Assembly: GCA_030704615.1 (NCBI GenBank)
Contig: CM060733.1
Span: 31,124,001-31,188,000 of the forward strand
DNA length: 64,000 nucleotides
Direction of reading: 5' to 3'
From: Takakia lepidozioides
Lineage: Eukaryota > Plantae > Bryophyta
Shown: positions 51,399 through 64,000 of the stretch, one piece after another
Numbering within the stretch: the first letter of the stretch is position 1
Layout of the letters: every line of letters begins with the position of its first letter
Translations under genes and position numbers: made by a program
Notes under the pieces: model-generated
The model's database searches: none
Told to the model about the DNA's origin: nothing
Seen by the model: the letters and a program-made list of their open reading frames with translations, nothing else

Positions 51399-52221
51399 GG
51401 ATAACAGATTGTATGAAGAGATTTCTTTGCGGCTAACGTAAGGGAGATTCTGAAAGCCGTTGCTTCCTGGATCCCTTTTCTCTTTCTTTCACATCAACCA
51501 GCTTCCATCTAGTTCCTTCGTCCGAGCCGACCCTGCAAAATGAAGAGTGATAACATGAACTCATACTCAACAGACAAGTGCAGCTGTCGTATATCTACAC
51601 GTTTCAAGTACCAGGTAGGACCAGAAAATCAGGAAAATTAATAGCAAGACAACAGGCAGACCGAGTGAACGAAAGGAGGTGGAGGCCGGCAATCTCAACC
51701 ATGGATAATCCTTCAAAGTGAGCTCAAATCTAACTGCAAGTGGAAAGGCCAGGATCAGAGACTATTACAGCATCTGAAGCAGAGGAGAAGAAAACAAGCA
51801 GCGACAGGGACGCATTTGAACGAGATTGGACCAGAATAGCATCTGAACATGCTCGAACAAGACCTCGAGGTCAATTCGGGCAACATATCATCTAAAGATA
51901 GAACCAGAAAGAGACTACCACAGCTGAATTCAAGGCAACTGAGGAATCCGAGACGCAAAAATCAGCCCTTGCGGCACGAAGCCTACAGGGTTTAGGGTTT
52001 TGGAAAACGCTGTCTTGCCATCACTGCTACTTAATACCAGCATGCAGTTAATTCCTTCGTTTGTAAGGCGGGGTTTTGGTAAAGGATCTGTTAGTAAACT
52101 CTGTAGTGAGTGCACAGCTGTCACAGATGTTTTGACAAAGGCAATCTTCGATGCGGAGAAGAAGAGATGGTTCGAGGATCCGAGGGATTTCTTGATCTCG
52201 TTGGGAAGAGAAGCTTGTACG

Positions 52222-55200
52222 ATGGCGAGTAAGATCAAACGCAAGCTGCGGATCGCCATCTGCCATCCTGATCTTGGAATTGGTGGAGCAGAGAGGCTGG
52301 TAGTGGATGCAGCCCTGGAGCTAAGGGCGCGGGGACATCACGTCCATGTTTTCACGGCCCATCACGATCGGAACCGCTGCTTTGAGGAGACGATCGATGG
52401 TGGGTGACTCTTAGCAAGGGAGGGTTGGGTTGTGGGGAATGAATGTACACATTGACTGCCTGTGAAATTTTTACTTGGCAAAGATGTATCTATGAGGTCA
52501 TACGGTTGTGTTGCCTTCCAGAGCTGGTTGTGGGGGTTTAAAGAGGGACAGAGAAAGGGATGAGAGAAGGAAATTAAGAGATTAGACTGAATCTATGAGT
52601 TGAAAGCGCTCTCATTTTTGTCAACTTCAAACTTCAGTGGCGTAGTATCTCCCACCAAGAATCACCATTGACATCGCGGTGCTGGGCCGTGCAGGCAGTT
52701 TTCCTGTGACAGTTTATGGGGACTTCATCCCGCGGCATGTGTTCTACAGGTTTCATGCCTTCTGCGCCTATTTGCGCTGCCTCTATGCGGCAATGTGCAT
52801 GGTGCTCTTGTGGCCCACGTTCGATGTTGTCTTTGCTGACCAGGTGTCGGCTGTTATACCCGTACTTAGACTCCAAAGGTCGACCAAGGTAAGAGCTCAT
52901 ACGCCAAGCTCCTGATTTCTGCAGCAGGTTAATGACTTCTAACTCGGAGCGTAGGCTTAGAAAATTCAAGATCTTCTTATGGACGTTATCCTCGTGACGC
53001 CTGTGTCTTACCGTTTCTTTCTGCTACCCTGGCTGATCCGAGTTGTTCAAATATGTAAACTCACATGTGGAGATCCTGTTGTGCCTAAGGTTGTAAGGCT
53101 CAGCCATGATGATCAATACTTACACCCCTCTTGGCAATGCAAGTCAATGGTGGGAGTTAGACGCCTTGAGTGATTGACACCAGAATTGGAAGACATCAAA
53201 AGTGGGCCTTACAATGTACAGATAATGTTCTATTGCCATTTTCCGGACTTACTGCTTGCCAAACATACGACACTCCTACGGAAGCTCTACCGGGCACCTC
53301 TGAACTGGGTAGAAGAGACCACCACAGGTACGGCCCTCTCATTGCTTAGGGCATATTATGTCATCTTGCAGTACTGCTCAGCTCTCATTTTCATGTGCAG
53401 AAGAGCACCTAGAACAACCAAAGGCCTTGCTAGCACTCTGTAATTCTTATGCAGACTAGCTCAAGTGCTGGTGTAAACCGCGCTTCCCCTTCTGTCTCCT
53501 CTCTCATTGATCTCAAGTATCTGGCAGTGTATGACAGTTGCTGAGGTAAGAGGGAGCTTGGCAACCTGGCGCCTGGCCACCACCAGTTACTTCCTGCTGG
53601 TTCCTGGTCCTCACCAGTCAAGCGCTCTTCGATGCAGGCATGGCAGATTGTGTGTTGGTCAACAGTAAATTCACCGCCTCCACATTTGGGACCACCTTCA
53701 GGCTTCTCCAGTCCCGTGGGCTTCAACCGGTTGTTCTTTACCCAGCTGTTGATGTTCAGCAATTTGACGCTTGCGCAGAGGCACTCTCACATAGTGCACG
53801 TGTTCCAGAAATAAGTGATCTCCCTTCTAATGGGTAGGCTGCATCTTTCATCTGTCTCTGATGTCCCTTCGCTGTCCGTTGCAAGATCTAGATGCCTGAC
53901 CTCTTCAGTCATAGTGTGTTAATTTCGGGCAAAGTCTCATGTGGCCGCAGTTGGCTATTGCCTTTTGTAAGGTATCTCATAAGAATTGGAAAACACATTT
54001 GCTTCACAGATATACGAAAATATTTTTGGAGGGACTGCTGGTCAAAAAAATCTGGGCTAACATTGTGCTTGTTTAAATTCCCAGGCAAATATTCCTGTCT
54101 ATCAACCGATTTGAGAGAAAGAAGAATATTGGCCTAGGTATCTCTGCTTTTGCATCTATGATCAAACAGCAGGAGAGTTCTTCCTCTGAGCACACCAGTG
54201 TACCTGTCCAGAATGTTCGGTTGGTTGTTGCAGGTGAATTTTCTCATCCTCAGTGATTCTAGTAGTCTGTTGCAGGGGCAGGAGCTAGTAATTGTGGTTT
54301 GAAATTGTCAAAAAGGAAATTTAGTTTGTCTTGTTGTGCATCTACATGTAGGTCTTCAGCATGCCTAACCAGCATTCATAGCGATCTTCATGGGCCTTCG
54401 CTTTTGATGATTTTTTTTTGCCTGAATTTTGTCAGATTATGCTTAAGTTTTTGAATGATTAGAATCCCAGGTCTATGCAAATGTTTAACTTGCTCTTATC
54501 CAACATTGTGTTCACTAGTCACACATATGTCACAGGTATTCATGGACTTTTTTCATAAGTTATCTTGTTCTCCCAGATTGGCAGTGTATGCTGAAGTTCC
54601 TAGATGATTTTTGTCCCACATAAAATCTGAAGGATGTTCTTATCCAACCTCGTGTCGTTTGGTCGCAGATTAGTCCTTAGAAATCATGCAATCTGACAGT
54701 GGACTCATACGAAACAGGGGGTTACGATAAACGGCTGGCTGAGAATCGTGAGTACCTGCAGGAGCTCAAGAATCTGGCAATTGAGGAGGGTGTTATGGAG
54801 CGGGTGGTGTTTCTGCCCTCATGTTCGACAGCCCAAAGAAATGCCTTATTGGCTGCTTGTATCTGTGTCATCTATACTCCCATGGTAATCTCTCTGTCTC
54901 TCTCTTTCTGCCCTTTGCTACACCCAATCTGACTCGCAGTGGCCAAAGTGTGGCGTAGAGCTCAATGCTCGAATCAACATTGTGTTTCTCTCTCTAGTGG
55001 CATATTCGGGCTGAGTTTCCAGACCTGCTAGTCATGAAACCTGTATCTGAGTGACAGGGCTTGAATTGTTCTTGAATGTTTTGTGCGAAACACCCTTTCT
55101 TTGGTTGCCTGTGCTCAGTTGTATAGTTCATACTCAATGGGGGTCCTATAGCATGGCAACATAATCAATGAAGGCTTTCTTGAAAAGGATTGTGAATGCC

Positions 55201-55634
55201 TCGGTTTGTAGACTTGCAAACATGTTCCTGCAACCATCATCTCCCCAAAGGTTACTGAGCTGTGGTTGTATTAAGGAGCTTTTCAGCACTGTCTTCATGG
55301 TTTGCAGAATGAGCACTTTGGGATTGTACCTTTGGAGGCAATGGCAGCCAAAAGGCCTGTTGTGGCTTGCAACAGTGGGGGCCCAAAGGAGAGCATCCAG
55401 CATGCCAGCACTGGGTTTCTGTGTGAGTCGACACCCAAAAGCTTTGCTTCTGCCATGGCCTTGCTGCTGGGAGATCCCCACAAGGCAGAGACAATGGGCA
55501 AGGCTGCTAGAGAGCATGTCGAGCGGAACTTCTCAAGACAAGTGTTCGGTGCTCATTTGAATGAAATCATATATGACCTTGTTGAGACTGACCCATCAGT
55601 CCTCACCATGAGTAGTATGCCTCAGGATTTGTAA
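52222..55634 (+). CDS. ALG2: Alpha-1,3/1,6-mannosyltransferase. Exons ~52222-52399, 52695-52888, 53222-53327, 53638-53834, 54085-54233, 54718-54884, 55308-55634
   Basis: [77 protein letters not shown]. Confidence 0.95.
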
Positions 55635-56114
55635 GGTTGGTTTTAAGTCAATTTGAACTTATTTTGGACTTGCTTCATCATTTCTACTATAACTTCAGTA
55701 CCTCACTATTGATTCTAGTGCTGCCATACAGCTGAGTCACACCCGGGAGCTCCTGCAGCCACTTGCTATGATGTCTGCATTAATGTCGATAAACATCTGT
55801 ATGATTAGGGGATTTCATTGATTCTACTCCGAAACATTTGTGTGTTCTTGCATTTTGCCTTGAGAGATGTGCATACATTTTCAATCTTCTTGAGAAATGT
55901 ACCTTATGGGTCTTGAATCCTGGTTTCTCCCAACATAATGAGCTGATAACAAAGCTGTTGAACTTGCATGCAAGCAACACCAATCAGGTGGCAAGATTTA
56001 AGCACACTTTCTAACAGTTATGTCTTTCAGATCTTCAATTTCCTCACAAGAATTGGAAGGAAGCCATGAAAGTCATGTTAAGAGGACCAAGGAAAAGATA
56101 ATCCTGGACTTTTA

Positions 56115-56172
56115 CATGAGGCTGTTTCTCCATGAGGCTGTTTCTCCATGAGGCTGTTTCTCCATGAGGCTG
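56115..56172. repeat. 16-bp tandem repeat (CATGAGGCTGTTTCTC) x3.6
   Basis: Perfect direct repeats. Confidence 0.9.
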
Positions 56173-56780
56173 CACAAGAGGAAATAGATGTCATTATGTA
56201 TTAATGTTCAGTACCCAGTCACTATGATAGGATGTTTGGTACCCAGTCACTGCAAAGCAAATTGTGGGCTTTGGCCTTCTTTTCTTCAATCTTTCTTCCT
56301 GCAAAATCTTGTCTTCCTTATTCACTCTTGGCATATGCAGAATGCTGAAGCATTAATGCCATCTTTTCATACCAGAAGAATGGGTTGATTAAAAGGTATG
56401 GTGGCAGACACTGAACATTGCTTCAGTGCTTTTTGAGCCTTGTAGCTGGTACATTGGGTGTTACCATTTCTCGTGGGAGATGGTGTATCTTATCTGTATC
56501 TTATCTGAAAGTTCCAGAAAATTCTGTGCACCTCTGCTCATTGGAGGCTGTGTGCTGCAGCCCTTTGTTGGTGATATGGATATGCCAGCAATCATTGCAG
56601 GAAGTACGCACTCTATGAGCCGCCCCATCAATTGGTGCTCAATAGGGTTCACATGTCCAAGATTCGCCTGGGGTAGTGTCACAATGGATGACACGCATCA
56701 TTCTTTTAACTTTACAAAAGATGATGAATTATCAACTTTCTGCCCTCATGCATGAAGTGGAGCACTTTCTTTGTTGCTTC

Positions 56781-59125
56781 TTACCAGTAATCACCACAAG
56801 AACAAACTCCATCTTGAAAGTGGTGAAAGCGGTTAGCGTCCCGTACGACAAGTGCACGCCCAACAACCTTGGAGATGAACTTGGTGGCAGTATGGCAGTC
56901 ACCACACACTCGAAGGTTCTTGATGATACGGAGAGGTGTTCCAGGGGGTGTGCTGATGAGCCCAAAAGCAAAGACCAACCTTTCACTGTGGTGGCAAAGT
57001 GAGAATTCCTTATACTTCTCCTCCACATCATGCAATACAAACTGTGTGTCAGGTACATACCCGGCTTCCTTCATTGGCTCAGACAATCTCTTCAGCTCAA
57101 ACTGGGCGCGGGGTCAATGGCCACAAGGCTACGGCAAACAACGTCTTATGAGTACAATCTCTTCAGCTCAGCATGGATTTCCCCAATTTGTGGATGTAAT
57201 TTGTCGTCAACAATGAATGTATGCACCTGGTTATTCACCTCAATGCAGCAGCACCCTGCCTTCTTTTGGATACCTCTCTCCTGCATCATTTTTCTCACTT
57301 TTGCAGTATCGTCCCACCTGCCAGCTGCAGCATAGATATTTGATAGCAGCACATAAGTTGCAGCATCTTGTGGATCCAACTTCAGAAGGAATTTCGTCGC
57401 ACGCTCTGCTACTGCTACATTGTCATGAATTCTGCAGGCACCAAGCAATGCCCGCCACACTGACACACGTGGTTCGATTGGCATACTGTTAATGAAGTTC
57501 TCTGCCTCATCTAATTGTCCTGCACGGCCAAGCAGGTCTACCATGCAGCCAAAGTGCTCCGCTGTAGGAGTGAGGCCATGATGTTGACTCATGGAACTGA
57601 AGTAGTGACATCCTTCATCCACTAGGCCCACATGGCTACATGCAGAGAGAACACTTACAAAGCTGACATCATCTGCCTTGAAGCCTTCCTGTTCCATCTG
57701 TTCAAATAGTTCAAGGGCATCCCTTCCACATCCATGCTGACCATATCCCGCCATCATTGAATTCCATGAAACCACGTCTCGTTGACCCATATTGTCGAAC
57801 ACTTGACGTGCATTCCTAAGGCTCCCGGAGTTGGCATACATGTCAACAAGGGTATTTCCTAGAATGACATCTGCTGAAATTCCAGCTTTGATGATGTCAG
57901 CATGGACCTCTTTGCCCTTATCCAGGCCTGCCAGGTTGGTACATGCCTTGAGAACACAAAGGAACGTGACCTTGTTGGGTGACACCCCTTCCTGCATCAT
58001 TTGCTCATACAACTCAAAAGCCTCCCCGCCACACCCATGCTTGGCATATCCTGCTATCATTGCATTCCAAGAGACCACATCTCTTTGAGCCATATGGTCA
58101 AACACTTTACGTGCATCCTTCGTGCTCCCACATTTGGCATACATGTCTACAAGAGCAGTCTCGAGAACAGTATCCGATAAAATTCCAGCTTTCATGATGT
58201 CAGCATGGACCTCTTCACCCTTTTCCAGGGCTGCCAGGCTGGCACACGCATTGACAATGCAAATGAATGTGACCTTGTTGGGTATCACCCCTTCCTGCCT
58301 CATCTGCTCATACACCTCAGAAGCCTCCCTACCATGCCAATGCTGAGCGTATCCTGCAATCATAGTGTTCCATGAAACCACATTTTTCTGAGCCATATTG
58401 TCAAACACTTGACGTGCATCCTTCAGGCACCCACATTTGGCAAACATGTTGACAAGGGCAGTTTCTAGGATGATATCTGATGGAATTCCAACTTTCATGA
58501 TGTAAGCATGTACCTCTTTGCCCTTTTCCAGGGCTGCGAGGCTAGCACATACATTGAGAACACAAATGAAGGTGACGTTGTTGGGGGTCACCCCTTCCCG
58601 TATCATTTGATCATACAACTCAAAAGCCTCCACGGCACACCCATGCTTGGCATATCCTGTGATCATTATATTCCATGTACATGTATCTCGTTGCACTTCA
58701 TCAAAGACTTGGCGTGCATCGACCAAACTTCCACACCTGGCATACATGTTGATAATGTTGTTGAGCAGAAAGGCATTTGGCTGGAATCCGCTTTGGATAA
58801 TATGGGCATGCACCTGCTTTCCCTCTGCTAGGCCTCTGAGCTTGATGCACTCCTGAAACAGACAGACATAAGTTTCATGGTCTGCTGAAATGTCTTGTTG
58901 GTTCAAACTAAGTAGGGCCTCTTTCAGTTTTCCTGCCTGGCATAGGGTCCTCACATAGCCAAATTGTGCTTGACCCTGTATCATGGCAGCTAGCTCTGCT
59001 TTCAGCCAAGGAGGGTTGGAACAACTATCAATCCAAAGGACCTCCTTTGTGCGCTTATGTCTGAAGTCTGGTGATCTTGGACTTCTCTGTGAAAAATCAA
59101 CAGTGGGCAGCTGAGAGAGCAACAC
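56781..59125 (-). CDS. PLS-PPR-E-DYW C-to-U RNA-editing factor; frame broken at 57146 by a 71-bp insertion, leaving the DYW core (57082-56781) out of frame
   Basis: Uninterrupted 659-codon PLS+E ORF. Downstream HSERL..CGDCH..CSCGDYW* is intact. Start is uncertain: the first in-frame ATG is at 58984, and an acceptor near 59111 may indicate an upstream exon. Confidence 0.92.
57100..57153 (+). mobile_element. 54-bp LINE 3'-end insertion with a 17-bp target duplication
   Basis: ACAATCTCTTCAGCTCA at 57083-57099 and 57154-57170. 57095-57162 is the exact reverse complement of 12093-12160. Confidence 0.93.
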
Positions 59126-61099
59126 ACTAGGTTACAACTACCAAGCAGGGGATCACCTTGAGCAAGCTGCAGTCATGCCCTGCTAACAAGACCAACCAAC
59201 CTACTGATGGTAATCCGCACCCATGGTGATTTTTGGAGAAAAAGAGCAAAATTGGCATACCGTTAGCAAAGGGACATGCATTCCAGTCCATAAATACCCG
59301 CATCAGTCAGACCCATCCTTGAGAAAATTCTTTCCATGTCCTGGCCTCACCTTATCAGACCTGTTGTCCCACCACTGTGAAGGATCTGAGAAGAACTCCA
59401 GCCAGAGCCCATCTGTATTCATTTGGCCTGCATCAAACACAGCTTCCAAGATCCTTAGGAGGTCCGACTTATCTAAGTTTTTTTCTTGCAGTTTCCTTTC
59501 ACTTTATAGAGTCTCGTCCTTCTTTTCTTGCCGGAGTGTGACTACCAATGTAAGGGGGCTAGAGGATCATAATGTTGTCTTGGATGAGGCCTGACAATGA
59601 TTCTTCCGGCACAATTCCATGCATCATTGAACGTTAGCCATCACTTCGTGGGCTGAGTTCCCTACGCTGGAGGATAAAAAGCCCACAATGGATCCGAGAC
59701 TACTACGCCCTCCAGGGTACTTCATTGCCCATGATTGCAGGTAGGAGAGAAATCATCTGTCCTGATCAGTGTGGCTGGATATAGTTGCTATGCACCACTT
59801 CAGAGAGGACCACTGCAATGTGTGTGCCAGAAATGCTACAACCACCCCAATTCAATGGGGAAAAACCTACCAGGTGTTTGCCGGGACGATAGCTATGACA
59901 GGGCTCGACCATAGCCAACGGAGATCCCGTTGCAAACTCTAGAAGTGTTGCGAAGTATTGAAGTACCGATTCCTCTCTTATGCACGGAATAGAAAGAACA
60001 TAACTATGTGAAACAGTTTAGCTACTTGAGCAGATACAAATGGAGCTGATGGAAGTCGAACAACTTGTCTCGATGACACTCCTGTATGGCCAGGCACTGA
60101 ATTCCTTCGACCAAAGATACAGTTTCTCCTGGGATGGTGGAATGTGGAGCCTGGATCCTTCACCGCAAAAAGAAAAAATAGTGCACGAAGAATTCCGTGT
60201 CTATACCTTTCTCCGTTGTCCTTGGAAGCTGGGGAGCCATCACAGCCATGACCCGCAAAGGCCTGAAGTCCGAATTTGCCGAGGTAGATAACAATCTCCC
60301 CTCCACAGCCTGTCCCGTTACCCTGTTAGATGATGAGGTGTTTCCCGCCCGTTCACCGTAAAGAGAAGGAACGGCCTTGGGTATGGCCTCTCCCTGCGGG
60401 CTGAGGAGAGCAACGGGGCGCTCCGCCATCCCTGCGCCTCCTACCACAGAGCTGGAACATTGCTCCGACGCAGCATTGGCAGCCGCTCATTTACACTTCT
60501 CTATTGCGAGGCACTCACCTTGGAATGCTTCAGACTGCATGGTGCGCTTCATTGTTGCCAGAAACAGCCTGCCATCTCTCATGGCAGTTTTTCAGAAGGA
60601 GGCCGATTTGCCGTGGCATTTCTGATGCTGGCTGGAATGTCTCAAGCCAGCCCCCAACTATTTGGGAGTCGAGGAATGTTCAAACTGATACTTTCTTCCT
60701 ATCATGGTCTCTAGTCTCTAAGTTCATATCTTCCTTGCAGTGCAAATTCAACAGCAATTGGGCACTTCAACTACAAGTATCCATTGCCCGCAGTGTGGTA
60801 GTCATTGCCTGTGTTGCTATGCAGGGGTTACTCTGTCACTTCCTTATGATGTATGTTTGTCATAAATACCACTCTCATCGTCTTGGCATCCAGTAACTCC
60901 TACTAGGTTTCCTTGTATTCGCTACTGGACAATTGTTATCCTGCAGGTTGTTAGTTGTTACCTTGCTGGTCGCATTACTCATTTGGGAGTGCCTTCACTC
61001 TCCTCTATGAGTACTTATCAGGTGATTACCAAGTAGTGGTGTAGTAGTATATATATGGAGCCCTCTAGCTCAGTTCATTTTATCAATATAGGTTGATCA

Positions 61100-61625
61100 C
61101 TTCAACATGGTATCACAGCGCCTAGCGCTATACGGTTATGAGGTCCTCGGTTGTTAAGTCTTGTATATAGAAAAGGACCCACCCTCTCAAGGACTATACT
61201 CCTTGCTGTGCGTGCTATATGGTTAGTAGTTGACATAAGGAGAAGATTAGTTTTTTCTGATTTATTCAAAACCTTGTCTTGTTGTTTTTTTGTCTTATCC
61301 TATTGTATCTTCTCTCCTCTTTTCTCCTCTAATCTATCTTTTGTTGAAAAAGATCTATCGTCATGCCTGGGGCTGCACAACTGCTCACTGACGCCCACAA
61401 GCTCGAGGGTACCTCGAATTACACAACGTGGAAGTTCAGGCCCCCAGAGCATCCTAGAGAGTCGAATTTGTTGATGATGGATACGCTGGCCGTGACTCTG
61501 ATCCAACCATTCACAAGAAGAAATTAAAAAAGGCCTGTGCTATTCTGAAGCTTTCAGTTAATGACTCCATTGTTCCCTTTATCATGAATTGTGTAGGTCC
61601 CAAAGAAATATGGATCACTATGCTA
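61100..61625 (+). mobile_element. Ty1/copia remnant (LTR end, Met PBS, gag fragment)
   Basis: ...CAACA TGGTATCACAGC at ~61107. KACAILKLSVNDSIVPFIMNCVGPKEIW at ~61515-61620. Confidence 0.6.
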
Positions 61626-61656
61626 TAAGGACGCCCGGGGGTCGGTGCAGGCCAGG

Positions 61657-62395
61657 GAGGTTGGTAGAACGTGAGCACACCGGTGAGCACAAATGGCGTG
61701 AGCACAAACCCACGGTCATGGGGGTTTTATGTTTTTAAACCGCGATCATATGAGTTATAAATTTTCAAAACAGAATAAAACCCCAAAATCCTAATGCCAA
61801 ACACGCACCCATAATGTATATCTACAAGCTCCAAGTTCCACATATCTACAGCTTTGGTATCCTACAAAAAAATATCACATTAAGAAAAAACAAAGTCACA
61901 ATACCCAACACCATCCAAAACACACAAATAACAAACAACGGCAAACAACGGTTTTCGTTGACGAAATAAATCAAGGTATCGGGTTTCACGAGCGAAATCC
62001 AATGTTTCGTCGGCAAAATAGTGTTTCACCAACGAAACATTGGATTTCGCCAGCGAAATTTCCAGGTCTCTCTGCGTAGGTCATTATCCTATGGTTTCGA
62101 GGGCGAAACAAAATGTATTGTGTTTGGTTTTGCATACAAGAGACGACGTGAGATTGTTTTATTTCGCTAACAAATTAGGGTGATAGGGTGACCAAGCCTC
62201 GGAAATATGATGACTAACCCATCTTCCTATGGCTTGTGCTCACGTGAGCACATTGTGCTCACCATGAGCACAGATTACACATTTTAGTTTCGCTATTGCA
62301 TCTTTTGAGAATATTCTTGGAATTTCCGGTTTTATCTTCTGCTCACGTAAGCAGGCGCACAGATGCGTGAGCATGCTCACGCGCTACCCAACCTC
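61657..62395. mobile_element. Mutator-like non-autonomous element
   Basis: TIRs GAGGTTGGTAG..CGTGAGCA and TGCTCACG..CTACCCAACCTC, a 7/9 TSD (caggccagg/cagggcaga), and GTGAGCAC subrepeats. Confidence 0.6.
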
Positions 62396-62582
62396 CAGGG
62401 CAGAGGTCCCGCCATCGCGCCGACAACGTCCCACCATCGCACAACATTCGTCCCTAGCCCAAGGCGGGGTCTCCGTCGGGCAACGCCCTGGTGTCGCCGA
62501 TGATGTCTCAAAAAAAAACAAAACCCAAAAACAATCGTCACGTGGACGTCGTGGGTTTACAACCCCCAAACGTTCCATTGGT

Positions 62583-62690
62583 TGTCAAGCGGTTTTTACA
62601 CACCCATCCCTTAGCTATCCGAGGCGGATACTAAAGGGGAAGATGTGCTGGAATACTCTAAGTATTCTGGCCGCTCAGAACAGTATTAAA
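62583..62690 (-). mobile_element. Diverged LTR 3' end related to the 25932-39295 element
   Basis: Reverse complement shares CCGCCTCGGATAGC.AAGGGATGGGTG.GTAAAA...GACA with the LTR end. Confidence 0.75.
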
Positions 62691-62867
62691 ATCGAGCTCT
62701 AGCAACTGAGCTAATTACCTTAATGTGTCGAATCATCAACTATCAAAGAGCAAAAAGTACATAGATAAATCTACTTCATCAAAACCTAGGTCTCATAGTC
62801 TCTTGAGGGTTAATTGATTGAAATAATAACACAAAGTCGTCTTACATCATTCTTCTTCATCACTTAA

Positions 62868-63394
62868 TCAATATATGAAGCAAGGTATTTTGTTTGTTGG
62901 CTCTCTTGCAGAGAGAGACTTTGCAACAGGTTGAAGTCAATGGAGAAAATGTGGTCAAAGGACCTTACACCATGTCGAGGCTGCGATTGGTGTGTTGTGC
63001 TCAGTCATGCCCCTTACTCTCACCTTCCTCTTATGTTGTGAAAAAGAGAGCCCATCGCCGTTTTAGGCTTGTTTGTTTTGTTTTGTTTTGTTTTGTAGCA
63101 TTGAGATCTCCCAAACCGCGGGCTGGCCCAGCCCTAGTGCTTTGTACCGTTGGAAAGCCCTCGATGAGGGGGGATGCACTGACTTGGTCTCATTATTTTT
63201 GGACATACGGTGTGGGAGATATGGGATTTCAAGTAGTTTTGGTCACTAGAAATTCGTGAAAAATAGCAAAGTGGGCTTTACTAGAATAATGACGTAGAGA
63301 TTTCCCAAACTGTAGGGTCTTTGGATACATAGGGGATTGCACTTGGACTTTTAGATGACATTGGACACTTGGGCCAACGGCACATGCTACCTAG
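62868..63394 (+). mobile_element. Putative non-autonomous Helitron
   Basis: Starts A|TC-AATATATGAAG and ends ...GGGCCAACGGCACATGCTACCTAG|T. 62950-63055 is an inverted homolog of ~45100-45205. Confidence 0.45.
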
Positions 63395-63484
63395 TTAGTG
63401 GATTCATACCGCACATTATCTCTCTCGTAGGGGCTTAGTATGGGATTTACATGCTTAGCTCATATTGGGGGCACCCGGTTCTAA

Positions 63485-64000
63485 GAGCATCCCCACCCTT
63501 CTCACTGAAATGGCCCCTATATGGCTATTTTGAAGGGATTGGTTCATGACTCTTGAAAGGTATGTGAAGGGGTCGGTTGCTCGTAGCCACACCATTGGCC
63601 CTCGTTACGCCCTTGTATCCTATGTTCCGGCCTTGCTGGAGTTCCCAGCGACGTTCTCATACGCTCCTGGATCACCTGCCTTCATCATCCTCATCACCAA
63701 AAAACTACGGCACAATTGCCTCTCCTTGTCAGTGCTAAAGTTCTTGCCCTTCCTTGGCTTTGGAAGCACTGCAACTGGATTGGAAGTGAGAGGCTGGGAG
63801 GCACGCTCTAACATATCCATGTTCAGGATGACTCGGTTGCGGGACGAGTTGAGGTCACTGGACGGATGTAGTGAAAGAGAAGGAGTTCAAGGTCTGCCCT
63901 TTACAGCATATATGGTAGGGGGGCAAGGGAGTGGTACGTTTGAAGGGAAATTTGAACCTGTACATGAAAAGTACGTGTGCAGGGGTCCATAGAGGCGTAG
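63485..64000 (-). mobile_element. PIF/Harbinger element end with a Myb/SANT (NAM-associated-type) fragment
   Basis: TAA|GAGCATCCCCACC is a Tourist-type terminus. KPRKGKNFSTDKERQLCRSFL on the minus strand. Confidence 0.55.

Noticed and set aside
52000-52221. N-terminal extension of ALG2
   Set aside because: Non-ATG start; homology begins just after the ATG at 52222.
56781-57082. DYW:KP (U-to-C) type domain
   Set aside because: It has the canonical HSE motif and a DYW terminus, i.e. C-to-U type.
59111-59180. 46-nt intron joining an upstream ATG to the PPR ORF
   Set aside because: The phases do not match.
59223-60900. Possible LINE ORF1 or gene remnant
   Set aside because: Short ORFs on both strands without diagnostic motifs.

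Overview
Eukaryotic nuclear DNA from a land plant, most likely a non-seed plant rich in PLS-class PPR RNA-editing genes (inferred from PPR/DYW style and repeat content). The right end carries three host genes: an S1-domain RNA-binding gene (RLSB/PDE338-like, - strand), ALG2 (+ strand) and a PLS-PPR-E-DYW gene (- strand) whose DYW domain is cut off by a 71-bp LINE-derived insertion. The left ~45 kb is transposon-rich. It holds a complete 13.4-kb Ty3/gypsy element with a large extra 3' ORF, an internally deleted chromovirus, several copies of one LINE family, Harbinger/MULE/SINE-like elements, and many shuffled PPR-DYW pseudogene pieces. The main novelty candidate is a set of Helentron/Helitron2-like termini forming tail-to-head junctions (13925-14160, 18625-18850, plus a free end at 20273). 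They bracket a 4.7-kb unit holding a near-complete PPR-DYW pseudogene and are followed by a captured SUMO exon, suggesting rolling-circle capture and amplification of RNA-editing factors. Also notable are a splice-intact CYP450::ABCB chimera with its next exon inverted, and a 112-bp PPR-derived tandem array. All alignments were done by eye, so repeat boundaries are approximate unless a motif is quoted.
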